A DNA stretch of 63,693 nt, filler included, from Octopus bimaculoides (GCF_001194135.2; 9 parts of 9 records of this genome joined end to end with filler, not necessarily neighbours in it); one strand, 5' to 3'. Positions 23,599 to 36,315 are shown, numbered from the whole stretch's first letter. The notes: generated by a model from the letters alone, not told the origin. A program made the numbers and translations.

Positions 23599-23825
23599 TG
23601 TATGTATATAATTGTGTGTCTTTGTGTCTATGTTTGTTCCTCACCAGCGCTTGACAACCGATGCTGGTGTGTTTACGTCCCCGTAACTTAGCGGTTCTGT
23701 AAAAGAGACCTATACAATAAGTACTAGGCTTACAAGGAATAAATATGGGTCGATTTCTTCGACTAAATAACTCTTTAAGGCGGTGCTCCAGCATGGCGGC
23801 AGTCAAATTACTGAAACAAGTAACA
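23379..23825 (+). mobile_element. SINE family 2
   Basis: Full head, internal (TATG)n tract and tail. A fragment of another copy lies at 23300-23380. Confidence 0.85.
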
Positions 23826-23859
23826 GAATAACAGAACATATATGTATATGTATATAAAT

Positions 23860-24053
23860 ACCATTTCGCTATGATAGATCGCTAGCCTCCAAACTTTTTC
23901 TATTTTCTCTCCCTGTTTATTTCTGTGTTCCTTTCTGTCGAAGAGCGTAGACTCGAAATGTAATAGACTTTCTCACTTCCTGAGCGTTAAACTAATACAT
24001 CTACTTGTTGTTTACACACCCGTCTTCGTCTTTTGTTCTTTTTGTGTAAATTC

Positions 24054-24055
<2 letters not shown>
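23860..24055 (+). mobile_element. PLE-LTR-like repeat with degenerate minimal hammerhead (23931-23966)
   Basis: CTTT-CTGTCGA-A-GAGcgtagaCTC-GAAA-TGT-A-ATAG has the same layout as 164-209, with core and stem substitutions. Confidence 0.45.
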
Positions 24056-24126
<71 letters not shown>

Positions 24127-24649
24127 ACAAGTGCCCCATAAAGAAAGCCTTGTTATGCTGTAAAATGCATTTTTTTCGAACAGCTGGTATAATTATATCA
24201 TTGGATTTCACAGTCCCTATCAAACAAATGTCATTCACAAAATCTAAGTCTCCGCGCACAGGAATCAAACTGAAACCATGTAGTTGTGAAATGGACTTCT
24301 TAAGCATTCAACTATGCCTAACCCATGGGGAATTTTTCTATCTGAAACCGGTATTTATAACATCATTTTACTTTGTTGTTTTATGAAATCTCAGTTCAAA
24401 TGGATGTTTTTCAAAATCGCATGTTGTCTATGGCGGAAAAACCAACGACTGCATCACCCGATCGAGAGGCATGTTATCATTGACTTGCAAACTTCCTGTC
24501 TTCGAAGTAGAACTTCCTTTCCTTGTCTCATCCCTGGATTGTCTCCCAGGAGAATAAGCATTTTTTGAAACACATTCAAATAATGTCAACGATGGCAAAT
24601 TGAAGTAAACAAACGAAAAGGAAAATCGAATCAATAGCAACAACATGCT

Positions 24650-25505
24650 ATGACGCTTTAATGAATACCATGCGGAACAACAACCCAAATTCATATCTTT
24701 TTGTTGATGAGTTAGCTCCGTAAAGAGTGGCAAGGTTGGATAAGGCATCAATTCCTTACTTCCAAGGAGGTTGTTGTTGGCACTCCATCGCTTATGACGC
24801 TGAGGGTTCTAGTTGATCCGATCAACGGAACAGCCTGTTCCTGAAATTAACGTGCAAGTGGCAGAGCATTCCATAGACACGTGTACCCTTAACGTAGTTC
24901 TCGGGGATATTCAGCGTGACACAGTGTGACAAAGCTGACCCTTTGAATTACAGGCACAACAGAAACAGGAAGTAAGAGTGAGAGAAAGTTGTGGTAGAAG
25001 AGTACAGCAGGGTTCACCACCATCCCCTGCTGGAGCCTCGTGGAGCTTTAGGTATTTTCGCTCAATAAACACTCACAACGCCCGGTTTGCGAATCAAAAC
25101 CGCGATTCCGCTGCCCTAACCACTGGACCATTGCGCCTCCTTCCAAGGAGGAGCTGCAACAGAATTATATTTTAGTGTACAATATATTTTAGTGTAGAAG
25201 AAATTGCACAATGATATGGAAATTAGGCTTAAAGATCTGGAAATAAATATTCCAAGTTGGGTGGCAGGCCAACTTGGGACATATGTAGCTGCTGTTGATA
25301 TCAGACTACATGACAGCCTTAGTGAATTGTAGAGCAATGTAACTGTTCAAACTAAACTTATTGAAGGGTTCAATTTTAAATAGATTCACTAGCAAAGCAC
25401 TAGAAGCCTCTTTGCAAATTAATAGGTTAGTATTTTTACCTTGTAGCTGTTTGTTCAGCAAATTTACATTCTCAAAATATGCCTGAGAGGTAGTATATGT
25501 CACAG
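24650..25505 (-). pseudogene. hAT (Buster/Charlie-like) transposase fossil with internal inversion and SINE insertion
   Basis: Minus 25505-25385: DIYYLSGIF/ENVNLLNKQLQGKNTNLLICK. Plus 25205-25378: LHNDMEIRLKDLEINIPSW. Minus about 24750-24650: YPTL...SSTKRYEFGLLFRMVFIK. Confidence 0.65.
24771..25139 (-). mobile_element. Full-length tRNA(Arg-like) SINE with RTE-type tail and 12-bp TSD
   Basis: Head GGAGGCGCAATGGTCCAGTGGTTAGGGCAGC and (AAC)n tail. TSD CTTCCAAGGAGG at 24759-24770 and 25140-25151. Confidence 0.9.
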
Positions 25506-25626
25506 TTGATCGCTAGGATTTCTTACCACCCAGAATCATTACAGCACTGTCCCAAAGTTCAATGAAGCGATACAGGCAGGTACCCATAGAAACTATCACT
25601 GGATGTATGAACTTTAAAGCAGTAAT

Positions 25627-26049
25627 TCTTTTATCTTTTTACTTGTTTCAGCCATTTGACTGCGGCCATGCTGGAGCACTGCCTTCAAGGGTTTTAGTCG
25701 AACAAATCGACCCCAGGATTTATTTTTTTGAGCACAGTACTTATTCTGTCAACTACTTTGCTGAACCCCTAAGTTACGGGGACGTAAACACATCAACATC
25801 GGTTGTCAATCGGTGATGGGGGGAGGAAAAAATACAGACACAAAAACACATACACACATATATATACACACACACACATATATATATATACGATGGGCTT
25901 CTTTCAGTTTCCGCCTACCAAATCCATTCACAAGGCTTTTGTCCGCCCGAGACTGTAGTAGAAGACACTTGCCCAAGGTGCCACGCAGTGGGACTAAACC
26001 TGGAACCATGTGGTTGGGACACAAGCTTCTTACGACACAGCCACGCCTG
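25627..26049 (-). mobile_element. SINE family 2
   Basis: Full-length reverse-strand copy. Confidence 0.85.
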
Positions 26050-28144
26050 TGTTATGTAAATTTAATTCATATAAGTCTTTTTGAAGCCAACTTGATACTT
26101 TATTCATCAATGATAAATTATTATCGAACTGTCAAACAAAACCTTTTTCTTATGTCATGACAGATCTTAAGATATAAAAAAAAAATTGAGTATATATGTA
26201 GACGTATGTTTTAGTGCAAATGTTTAAGAGGTAAGAAATATTACAGATAGCAACAGGAAATCTTAGGAAACAGAATGGTAGTTGCATGTCCCGTTCTTCA
26301 TTGAGCATGTAGACCCCTTTACTGATTCCACCCTACTTCGAATTCTCAAATTTTTCTGTGGCCTTTCTGAACTTTGTCATGGCCCCTAAGCTGGGAAGCA
26401 CTAGGCTAAAGAAATTGGGACAATACATCAACATCCAGAACTACAACAATGGAAACACATCCACCACGACCACGACCACCACCACCACCACCAAGATGCA
26501 GTGAGAAGAGCAGAGAAAAGACGACGACGACGACGACGACGACGAAGAAGAAGAAGAAGATGACAAGGGTGACGATGACGGCGACGACGACGGCGAAACA
26601 GATGCTGCGTTCAGATATGTCAACAACCCATCCTCCTTCCTGAAAAAAGAAGTGAAAGTTGAGAGGACGTCAACTTAAGTTTGCAAGTTTGTAGGTTCCT
26701 ATATGCAAAGATGTGGCAGCAATGGTTAATTGCCTTTTCCTCCAGTATGACCTGACCACATATCTTCTTACCGTGAGGTCAAATAACATTGATACTAAGA
26801 TTATTGACATTTTGTATTACGATGGCATAAATCCGTTTTGGAAATCCGTACGTATACAACTTGACTTTGACATTAGGTCAGTTTTGAATAAATGATCACT
26901 CGACTTCATTTTATGAAGTGTCCGTCTGCTGCTGCTACTGCTGTTATTTTTATTGTTGCTATTGGTGGTAGTGGTGGTGGTGATGTTAATAGTGGTGATT
27001 TTGTTACTATTGATGTTGATGTATTGGCTTAGATGGGTAACCTCTTGAAGATACCCCTCATACTCTAACCACAAAGCATTTTTGTTCAATATTACAAACC
27101 AGACACAGTAACATACATACAAAATTACCATGGGTAAATGGAACTAATTTAAGAATGAAGTTCTGACAAAGGCTTGGTGAAACAAGTTACTGAGCTGGAG
27201 CCCTGCAAAGAGAAACAATTATGCTATGTTATTTCAAATGTATATAGTCTGTAATGGAAAACAATTTATTAGCTGTATGTTATTTCAATTGTATAATTTA
27301 ACACCAGGGTCACGGACGTCAGAAAAGGTAGGCATCAGACAAACTGTAATTATAGTATTTTAGTAACACTACTTTGTTTTGAAGTTCAATCTCGCTGAGT
27401 TTGAATTTGCTTTCCAACCTTCTGCGATCGATAAAACAAGTAGCAGTCAAGTACTTAACGATTAAACAGACTCTATGCCTCAGTTGTTGTCGTTTGTTGT
27501 TTTTGCTGTTGTTATCGTCTGTTGTTGTTGCTGCTGCTGCAGCCTCTCCATATGTCGGTCAATGCTGGCACATGATGGTTGAGTAACATTGGCATTAAAC
27601 AGCTTTGATCTTCCATTGTTGCTTTAATCTCATTCGAAAACAAAACAGCATCAGCAGTAAAGGTGAAGCTAATGTTAACAATATTATCCGAATAAACCAA
27701 GTGGTGTGTTGATTGCCAATAAAGCTGTCTAAATCACATGACTAATAACACATGTGTCCTGCTTATGCAGTAATACCGAACATGCACAAAGTCACATAAC
27801 AGTACCGAGCTTCCACTGAGTCACGTAGTAGTACCGAACCTACTTTCTATAACATAGCTTTGTTATTGTGCTTGTCTATAAAACACATATCCGCTTTGAT
27901 CTGACACTTGACAGACCATTTCGCACAGATTAACCTGTTGCTGTTGTTTACATCCTGGTTGTCCCAATTTTTTTTATACAGCTCTCTATGTTGGCTTTTT
28001 GTTTTTGTTGTCTCTCCGTTTTTTTCCCTCTCAATCCTTAGGCTCGAAACATCAAGGACTTTTCCATTCTTCCCGAGCATTAAACTGATACACCTGCCTG
28101 TTGTATCTTCACCTGTCTTCGTATTTTGTTTTCTGTATATTTGA

Positions 28145-28191
<47 letters not shown>

Positions 28192-29869
28192 ATTTGTGTG
28201 TGTGTGTATACATATGGTGTTTGAAACAGTAGTATAAACGTGGAATAGGTATGCACCGAATCAGAGCTTCAGGTTAGTCAGTTTCTAAAACTCTAACTTT
28301 CCAATCAGGATAAAATAATCCTGCAGCTAAAAAAAAAATAAAAAAAGAAACAGAAAAATTTAACACGAGCGGAAAATAAATAGACAAATGATGAAGAAAG
28401 AATTAAGGGTGGGAGCAATTCATTTGTATGAGATGTTATATATGCATATTCAAGTTACGAGATAAAGAATTATCTATACAACTGTTTCAAAGGTTCGGTG
28501 ACTGGTCGGTGCTACAATGTATCTTATGCAAGCAAGCGTATATTATGAGGCAATAATAAAGAAAGAAAAGTATTATCAACTCGCATGTAGCATGATACAT
28601 GAATGTCTTCCAGCAGTAATCACCGAATGTTTTCATCTGAAGGAAAAGTGGAAAATGCTAAAGTTAGGACATCGATAAAATTAAAGGAGAAAGCATGACC
28701 GAAGCCGAATGATTGACACAAGTGAAAGAATAAAAATATAAAAGTGTATGTATGCATGTATGTTCCCACAGATATATACATACATGCATACATACACATA
28801 CATACAAACATACATACATATATAGATATAGATAGATTAATAGACAAATAGATAAATAGATAAATAGATAGATAGATAGATAGATAGATAGGTAGATCAT
28901 TCTTAGTCATGTCAACTTAGATAAACATGTTTCAATGAGGAGGTCTAATAAAACTAAAACATCCTTTGCTTTCATTAATTAGCTTAGATGACAAAATCCA
29001 TTCCAATTTACATTTTCTATTGCATCGAAAATTTCGATCAACTAATCTTGTTGGGAATATCTACTTTATTGCTTTTAGAATTTTAGGCAATGTTTATGAT
29101 GTAATGTATTCTCCATTCTTAAGCTAGTACAAGGTGACTGACAAAAAATAGGCTGCTATTTCTAACGGGTTGAGCAGCGACATTATAGCTTTTATTTTCT
29201 TTATTGTGGCCTTGTGATTGTAAAGTGTGAAGTAAAGGGTTATTTTCTTAAAGATTTAATTTTTGGACAGATTGTCTTTTCATTTGAATGTCGGCGAAAA
29301 TATGAAAGTGTATGTCGAATGAATCTTCAAAAATATATGAACAATACATTGTGTGAATGCATCTGCTGTGTATGGTATGTAGTTTTTAGGGTTGAGGGAT
29401 TAGTACGCCAGTGTCTATTACGTGACAATTGCACGTCAATAAATTTTAGGTCATCAAATTATGTATGGTCTTATATATTTTGTTGAGGGTTAAAGCATTA
29501 ATCAGCTTATCGTTGCTACGTGACATGTGTGTCGATAAAGTATCAAGTTATCAGAGATTGTGTAGCCTAACATAAGTCGATAAAGAGTGCAATTTTAGAT
29601 TTAAAGTTTTTTAAAACTTTAGTTCAATTTATGATAAAATTAATTTCATGCATCTATTTTATCGTCGCCACTCAAAGAATTGCCACAGTTGCTTATTATT
29701 AGTTTTTAATATTAATTATTAGTTCAACTTTATTTCCTGGGGGTATCTAAATACTAACATTATATTTAATTTAAACTCGCTTTATAAATAACTTGAGCTT
29801 TAGGATAATGCTTTTCTGGTTATAACTAAAAGTTGTGAAATTATGTCAGGCAGTGGCTCTCATAGCTTC

Positions 29870-30175
29870 TGATTATAACTAATTGGAAGTGTTATCATGT
29901 ACATTGTTTTGTCTTGGTATAAAAGATGGGCTACAGCAAATATTCTGCTCAATACCACAGATTTGCTTGTCAGTTGCTTGACCTTAACCAGTTGAACATG
30001 TCCCTTGGTGACTGACAATATATGCATCTTTGATCATGAGCAGAAGAAGTGGAGGAATTCTTTGGGGTTTGGATAATTCACCTTTGGAAACATTGGTGTT
30101 TTGTTCATCATGCTTAAACAACCCTTATTCAAGGACCTTTTGAGCTGGATGGGCTACTCGACCTGAAGAAAATTC
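29870..30175 (+). repeat. Dispersed repeat (same family as 2020-2215 and 58501-59135)
   Basis: GACCTTTTGAGCTGGATGGGCTACTCGACCTGAAGAAAATTC matches the reverse complement of 58781-58822. Confidence 0.7.
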
Positions 30176-30176
30176 C

Positions 30177-30543
30177 GTAGAAAAGTGGTATGAACAAGGA
30201 TCAGAGGCTGCAATAGAAAATGAGAATTACAACGTGGGATCACCATAACGACTAACCATGCTGTTGAGACAAGAAGACGAGACATGATTAAAGAGTTCAA
30301 AATAAACTGTGTAAGATAATATATCTTCCAATTTCTTATGATAGAGTCAATACCAAAGAAATTGAAAAAACTGAGAAACATCAGGTTAGAATCAGAGAGC
30401 TGAAGAGTATGTGGAAGACCAAAACAACTATTATTCCTGTAGTAATAAGTGCATTTGGTTCAACACCTAAAATGCTTCCTAAAAGTCTGAAAATGATTGG
30501 AAATGAAACTCGCATTGTCGACTTGCAGAAAAGTACCACCCTA
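30177..30543 (+). pseudogene. RLE-type (R4/Dong-like) LINE restriction-like endonuclease fragment
   Basis: Reads EKWYEQ...IENENY/WD.TITTNHAVETRRRDMI (RRPD motif)...KEIEK...MWKTKTTIIPVVISAFG...LQK. Confidence 0.75.
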
Positions 30544-30555
30544 TATTTATTTTTA

Positions 30556-30754
30556 TTCTTTTACTTTTTTCAGTCATTTGACTGCGGCCATGCTGGAATA
30601 CCGCACTTAGTCGAACAAATCAACTCCAGGACTTATTCTTTGAAAGCTTAGTACTTATTCTATCGGTCGCTTTTGCTGAATAGCGAAGTTATGGGGACGT
30701 AAACACACCGACATCGGTTGTCAAGCGATGGTGGGGGACAAATACACGTGCGCG

Positions 30755-30785
<31 letters not shown>

Positions 30786-30926
30786 TTATACGGCGAGCTT
30801 CTTTCTGTTCCCGCCTACCAAATCCACTCACGAGGCCTTGGTCGGTCCGTGGATATAGTATAAGACACTTACCCAAGGTGCCACGCAGTGGGACTGAACT
30901 TAGAACCATGTGGTTGCGAAGCAAGC
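30556..30926 (-). mobile_element. SINE family 2 with head interrupted by element C
   Basis: Begins at GCTTGCTTCGCAACCACATGG, directly after an AATAAAGAA tail. Confidence 0.85.
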
Positions 30927-31408
30927 TTCTTTATTTCATAAAAATTCGCCATACGGCGTTACATAGAGGGGACAAACAAAGACAGACAAACGAAGAAGCT
31001 ACGGGCTGGACGCGGACATTAATGAATGGAGATGAATACACAAGAAAGAATGAAAATGGGAGTGGCACAAGCGCCCGCCGACTGATAACCTCTCTAAAAC
31101 TTTGTTCAATACATGTCGGTCAAATTTGTAAAACAAATTATTAGCACAAATGTTCTTCCTCTTTATATGAGGCAACAAGCCACTTATAAATGTTCATATA
31201 ATTCACTGGGGCTTTTAGCCTCCCCATATCTACAACCTCTTTTCACTAACGCCCACGCCCTCTCTAGGCACTCCTCGAGTGGCGTGTCGGCATTGCCCGG
31301 CGCCGTGAAGAATATTTCTTTGAGGTCAAAAAATGTCTTCGCTACGTCCCACGTTGTGACCTCTACAGCTATCTGCGGAGGCCACTCGGGATCCTGTATG
31401 CAGGCCAT
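30927..31408 (-). mobile_element. 3' part of a Tx1-type-tailed element (C)
   Basis: An ORF remnant (31184-31408) is followed by a UTR ending TTTGTCTGTCTTTGTTTGTCCCCTCTATGT-AACGCCGTATGGCG-...AATAAAGAA. The 5' part runs into an assembly linker. Confidence 0.65.
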
Positions 31409-31605
31409 NNNNNNNNNNNNNNNNNNNNNNNNNNNNNNNNNNNNNNNNNNNNTTAATTAATTAANNNNNNNNNNNNNNNNNNNNNNNNNNNNNNNNNNNN
31501 NNNNNNNNCGCACACACACATACATACATACATCTACATAATAGTAAACTAACTATTCTACCTGTATATAAATATAAACTGTGGGTATGGGGGTATGATA
31601 ACCTA

Positions 31606-32148
31606 CTACGTATATTTCCTATTTAGTACTGTGGATGTTTCATTTATGAAAATGTACTCCTGTATTTGATGAGGGTTGGGTCCTTTCGGTGCTTGAATAA
31701 AATGCGGATGTCAAGTTGACCCAGGTTGCCTCCATATTGGTCCTTGGCATGTTGGTAGAGTATGTTTGACTGTTTTTTGTCGTCATATTGTCTCAAATGT
31801 CCATTTAGTCTTTCCACAATGCTCCNNNNNNNNNNNNNNNNNNNNNNNNNNNNNNNNNNNNNNNNNNNNNNNNNNNNNNNNNNNNNNNNNNNNNNNNNNN
31901 NNNNNNNNNNNNNNNNNNNNNNNNNNNNNNNNNNNNNNNNNNNNNNNNNNNNNNNNNNNNNNNNNNNNNNNNNNNNNNNNNNNNNNNNNNNNNNNNNNNN
32001 NNNNNNNNNNNNNNNNNNNNNNNNNNNNNNNNNNNNNNNNNNNNNNNNNNNNNNNNNNNNNNNNNNNNNNNNNNNNNNNNNNNNNNNNNNNNNNNNATGT
32101 CTCTCCTATGTATGTCATGTTCATGTCTTTACAAGCACCTTCTATGTA
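31606..32148 (-). pseudogene. Penelope-like GIY-YIG endonuclease remnant (split by N gap)
   Basis: Reads YIEGACKDMNMTYIGET (32148-32098), gap, then SIVERLNGHLRQYDDKKQSNILYQH...KDPTL/QIQEYIFI...LNRK. Confidence 0.75.
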
Positions 32149-32151
32149 TCT

Positions 32152-32182
<31 letters not shown>

Positions 32183-32431
32183 ATATAATACAAAAAAGGA
32201 CAACAAAATATCCAGACAGACGATACAAGGAAAACAAGGTCNNNNNNNNNNNNNNNNNNNNNNNNNNNNNNNNNNNNNNNNNNNNNNNNNNNNNNNNNNN
32301 NNCAACAGGTGTCTTTCGATTAAGGACGAATTAAATTAAGCTGGCGTGTGTGACATATATTCCTTTATTCTTTTTTTCTTTCATATGTTTCAGCCTTGAG
32401 GCTGTGGTGATGCTTGGGCACTGCCAGTGAA

Positions 32432-32810
32432 TACTGTCAACAACTAATGAAACTGGAGGAAGCAATCAATAAAAAACGTCCAGAATTGGCAAATTGTAAA
32501 GGAATCGTGTTCCACCATCATAACATTAGACCACACACGTCTTTGCTAACTCATGAAAAGTTATTGGAGCTTGGTTAAGAAGTGATGTCACATCCACCAT
32601 ATATCCTTGACCTTGCACCATCAGATTACCATTTATTTNNNNNNNNNNNNNNNNNNNNNNNNNNNNNNNNNNNNNNNNNNNNNNNNNNNNNNNNNNNNNN
32701 NNNNNNNNNNNNCAGTTTTTGGCTAATAAAGACCACAAGTTCTATGAGCAAGGAATCATGAACTTGCCAGAAAGATGGCAAAGGTCATCGAACAAAATGG
32801 AAAATATATA
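32432..32810 (+). pseudogene. mariner transposase fragment
   Basis: Reads YCQQLMKLEEAINKKRPELANCKGIVFHHHNIRPHTS...HPPYILDLAPSDYHLF...FYEQGIMNLPERWQ. Confidence 0.85.
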
Positions 32811-33111
32811 ATTGTTTCTCAACTTTATGCCTCTTGTAATATATAGATTTTTCCGTTTTTCAATATTAATATGTATATGTATAACTCTCTATGACTTTTT
32901 TCTGCTAGTGAAATGTTTGCATTATATTCTACTAGACGCACGTGGCATTGTTTACATTATACTTCGTCTCGACCTGTTACTATTTCTTTAAACATATNNN
33001 NNNNNNNTACATTATACTTCGTCTCGACCTGTTACTATTTCTTTAAACATATCTGTTCGTTTGAGTTTTATTCTTATATTCTAGTTTACTGCACATATTG
33101 ACTTGGTAGGC

Positions 33112-33406
33112 GGATTTGGTAGACGTAAACTGAAAGAAGACCATCGTATATAATATGTGTATGTGTGTGTGTATGTGTGTGTGTATGTTTGTGGGTCTGT
33201 GTTTGTCCTCCCATCATCGCTTAACAACTGATGTTGGTATGTTTACGTCCCCGTAACTTAGCGGTTCGGGAAAAGACCGATAGAATAAGTACTAGACTTA
33301 CTTAGAATAAGTGCTGGGGTAGATGTGTTCGACTAAAGGTGGTACTCCAGCATGTCCTCTGTCAAATGACTGAAACAAATAAAAAAAAGAATTGATAATA
33401 TGTATG

Positions 33407-33439
<33 letters not shown>

Positions 33440-33929
33440 NNNNNNNNNNNNNNNNNNNNNNNNNNNNNNNNNNNNNNNNNNNNTTAATTAATTAANNNNN
33501 NNNNNNNNNNNNNNNNNNNNNNNNNNNNNNNNNNNNNNNGGATACATGCAGAATATATACTCTTTTACTTGGTTCAGTCATTTGACTCTGGCCATTCTGG
33601 AGCACCGCCTTTTGTCGAGCAAATCGACCCCAGGACATATTCTTTGTAAGCCTAGTACTTATTCTATCGGTCTCTTTTGCCGAACTGCTAAGTTACGGGG
33701 ACGTAAACACACCAGCATCGGTTATCAAGCGATGTTGGGGGTCACAAACACACAAACATATATATATATATATATACATACATACATATATACGACTGGC
33801 TTCTTTCAGTTTCCGTCTACCAAATCCACTCACAAGGCTTTGGTCGGCCCGAGGCTATAGTAGAAGAGACTTGCCCAAGGTGCCATGCAGTGGGACTGAA
33901 CCCGGAACCATGTGGTTCGTAAGCAAGCT
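33112..33929. mobile_element. Tail-to-tail inverted pair of family 2 SINEs (33112-33385 plus, 33561-33929 minus)
   Basis: Both match the family consensus. They are separated by a microsatellite and an assembly linker. Confidence 0.8.
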
Positions 33930-35776
33930 AAAAATTACAAAATGCTTTCACTGAATGTAATGAAAGTAAAAGTCATAAAGCTTAGAGCAGAAGCAGGACG
34001 TTTTTTTTCTTTCTTAAAACTAGGGGTGAAGTCCTTGCATATAAGAACTTTTCGGGACACATCTATAGATAAAGGATATTGAATCTTTAATTTTACAAAT
34101 TCATGGGTATGTGATATATATTAAATTAGTTTTGGCCTGTAGGCTTAAACCATTAAAGAAAAAAACATTTCAGTATTTTATATATTTTTACATTTGGGCT
34201 TGTAGAGATTTTGTGAGTGGGTAGTTTGAAATATGAATGCAGGTAAAATGTCACTCACATGCAAATAGTTCCCTACCCTTAACGTAATATTCACATAAGG
34301 CCACAGATTTTGAAGGTGGATATAGGTGACTATGTTGAGGCAAGACTGTAATTTATTTTGTTGAAAATCTGAAGCATGAAAAGCAGAGTTGACTTCTGCA
34401 TGGTTGCATGTGTGTATGTAGGTGTGGTTTTGGATTTTTATTTTTTATATAGGTCTCCATTACATGTGCCTGTATTTATTCAACATTTGAATATTATGTC
34501 AACCAACAGTAAAGTTAATCAATTACATTTCTACTTCTAAACAATTCTGGCCTTGTGTTGATATCAGATTCCAAAGTGTGTGTTTGTATATGTGTGAATC
34601 ATTCATCCTTCCATCACTCACTCTCTTCTGTTCACTGGGATTGGACTTATCAGTATACATTCCCCCCCTTGTCACTTTCCTCTCTCCCACCATGAGAGAC
34701 TTATATATAAAGGCTTACATTGGAGTTGTTTGCACTCAATGACATCTCTCTCTCTTTAATGCCAGTCACCACTCTCTCTTCCCTACACCACTTGTTAACA
34801 GCACCCATCACCCACTATTGTCCACAAGTTCATTCTAATCACTCAGTCTCTGTTATCATGAACCCATCTTGGTTCTTGACCAGCAAATGAATGGAGATAG
34901 TGTATGTGTGTTTGTAAATGCTATATCCTCATCACAAACAGGGTTAGATAGGTTGTTGGAATCCAAGTTGGTTCATATTTGGAGTTACTGTCATCCAGAT
35001 GGGCTAGAAGACCACATCTTGCTTGTCTGTTTCATTTTTGGCTTGGTTTCTATGATTAGTTACCTATTCTGTTGCCTAGTCCTTCATGGAATGTATTGGA
35101 TAGATATTTTTTTGGCACCAGCACTGGTTTGTTGTTGTCCTTTTGATCCTACATTGTCTTCTGTTGTTCACCAAATCTTTTATTTGGTGCATTTTATTAT
35201 GGTGCCAACACCAGTGAATTTGCCTTGTATCCTACCTGACTAGGGGAGTCCTCACTATTCTGCGATGTGCTTGTTCGCTCAAGGTGCAATGTCTAAGGAG
35301 ATGAAGAGAAGTTGGAACAATGACAGAAAGAAGAATCAAGATGCGGGGAGAGACAAGTTGCAAGAGAATGATGGTAGATACAAAATGGAGATGAGTAATA
35401 GGAAGGTAACTGGGTATCAAAGACTGGGTTGGGTTGTTGACATGAGAGACATATTGGCTGAGAGACGCAAATTTGTGCATATACACATGCACTCACACAG
35501 ACACATACATAGTAAACCTTCTGGCCTCTATACCAAAAGCATAAAATTGTAAGGATTTTTTTTCAATAGCTGATGAAGAAAAAACAATGTCCGTGTCTTG
35601 TGTGTGAATTTTCTGTTTATTCCTTTGTTGTGTTTCTGCTTAATTGTTGGAACTTAGCATTTTTAATCTTGGCTTCACTATGCTTGAATGGGTGGGCAAG
35701 TTTTCTCTAGCACTGTGTTGCCAGTGTCCTAGTTCTTTGTTCTCGCTTCAGTTAGATGAAACATTGTGAGACCAGT

Positions 35777-35811
<35 letters not shown>

Positions 35812-35825
35812 CATACATACATATA

Positions 35826-36277
35826 CTCTTTATTCTTTTACCTGTTTCAGTCATTTGACTGCGACCATGCTGGAGCACTGCCTTTAGTCGAGCAAATCGA
35901 CCCCAGGACTTATTCTTTGGAAGCCTAGTATTTATTCTATCGGTCGAACCGCTAAGTTACGGGGACGTAAACACACCAGCATCGGTTGTCAAGCGATGTT
36001 GGGGGCAGGACACAGACACACAAACATATACACACACATATATACATATAAATATATATATATATATACATACATATATAAATATATATATATGTATATA
36101 TATATATACATATATACAACAGGCTTCTTTCAGTTTCCGTCTACCAAATCCACTCACAAGGCTTTGGTCGGGCTGAGGCTATAATAGAAGACACTTGCCC
36201 AAGGTGCCACGCAGTAGGAATGAACCCGGAACCATGTGGTTGGTATGCAAGTTACTTACCACACAGCCACTCCTGTG

Positions 36278-36280
<3 letters not shown>
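35826..36280 (-). mobile_element. SINE family 2
   Basis: Full-length reverse-strand copy with internal (TA)n. Confidence 0.85.

Positions 36281-36315
<35 letters not shown>

Noticed and set aside
23987-24307. 106-aa ORF with RGDL
   Set aside because: It is a degenerate family 2 SINE head running into a (TA)n microsatellite.
35570-35600. CTGATGAAG core (also at 53501)
   Set aside because: No GAAAC or complementary stems follow.
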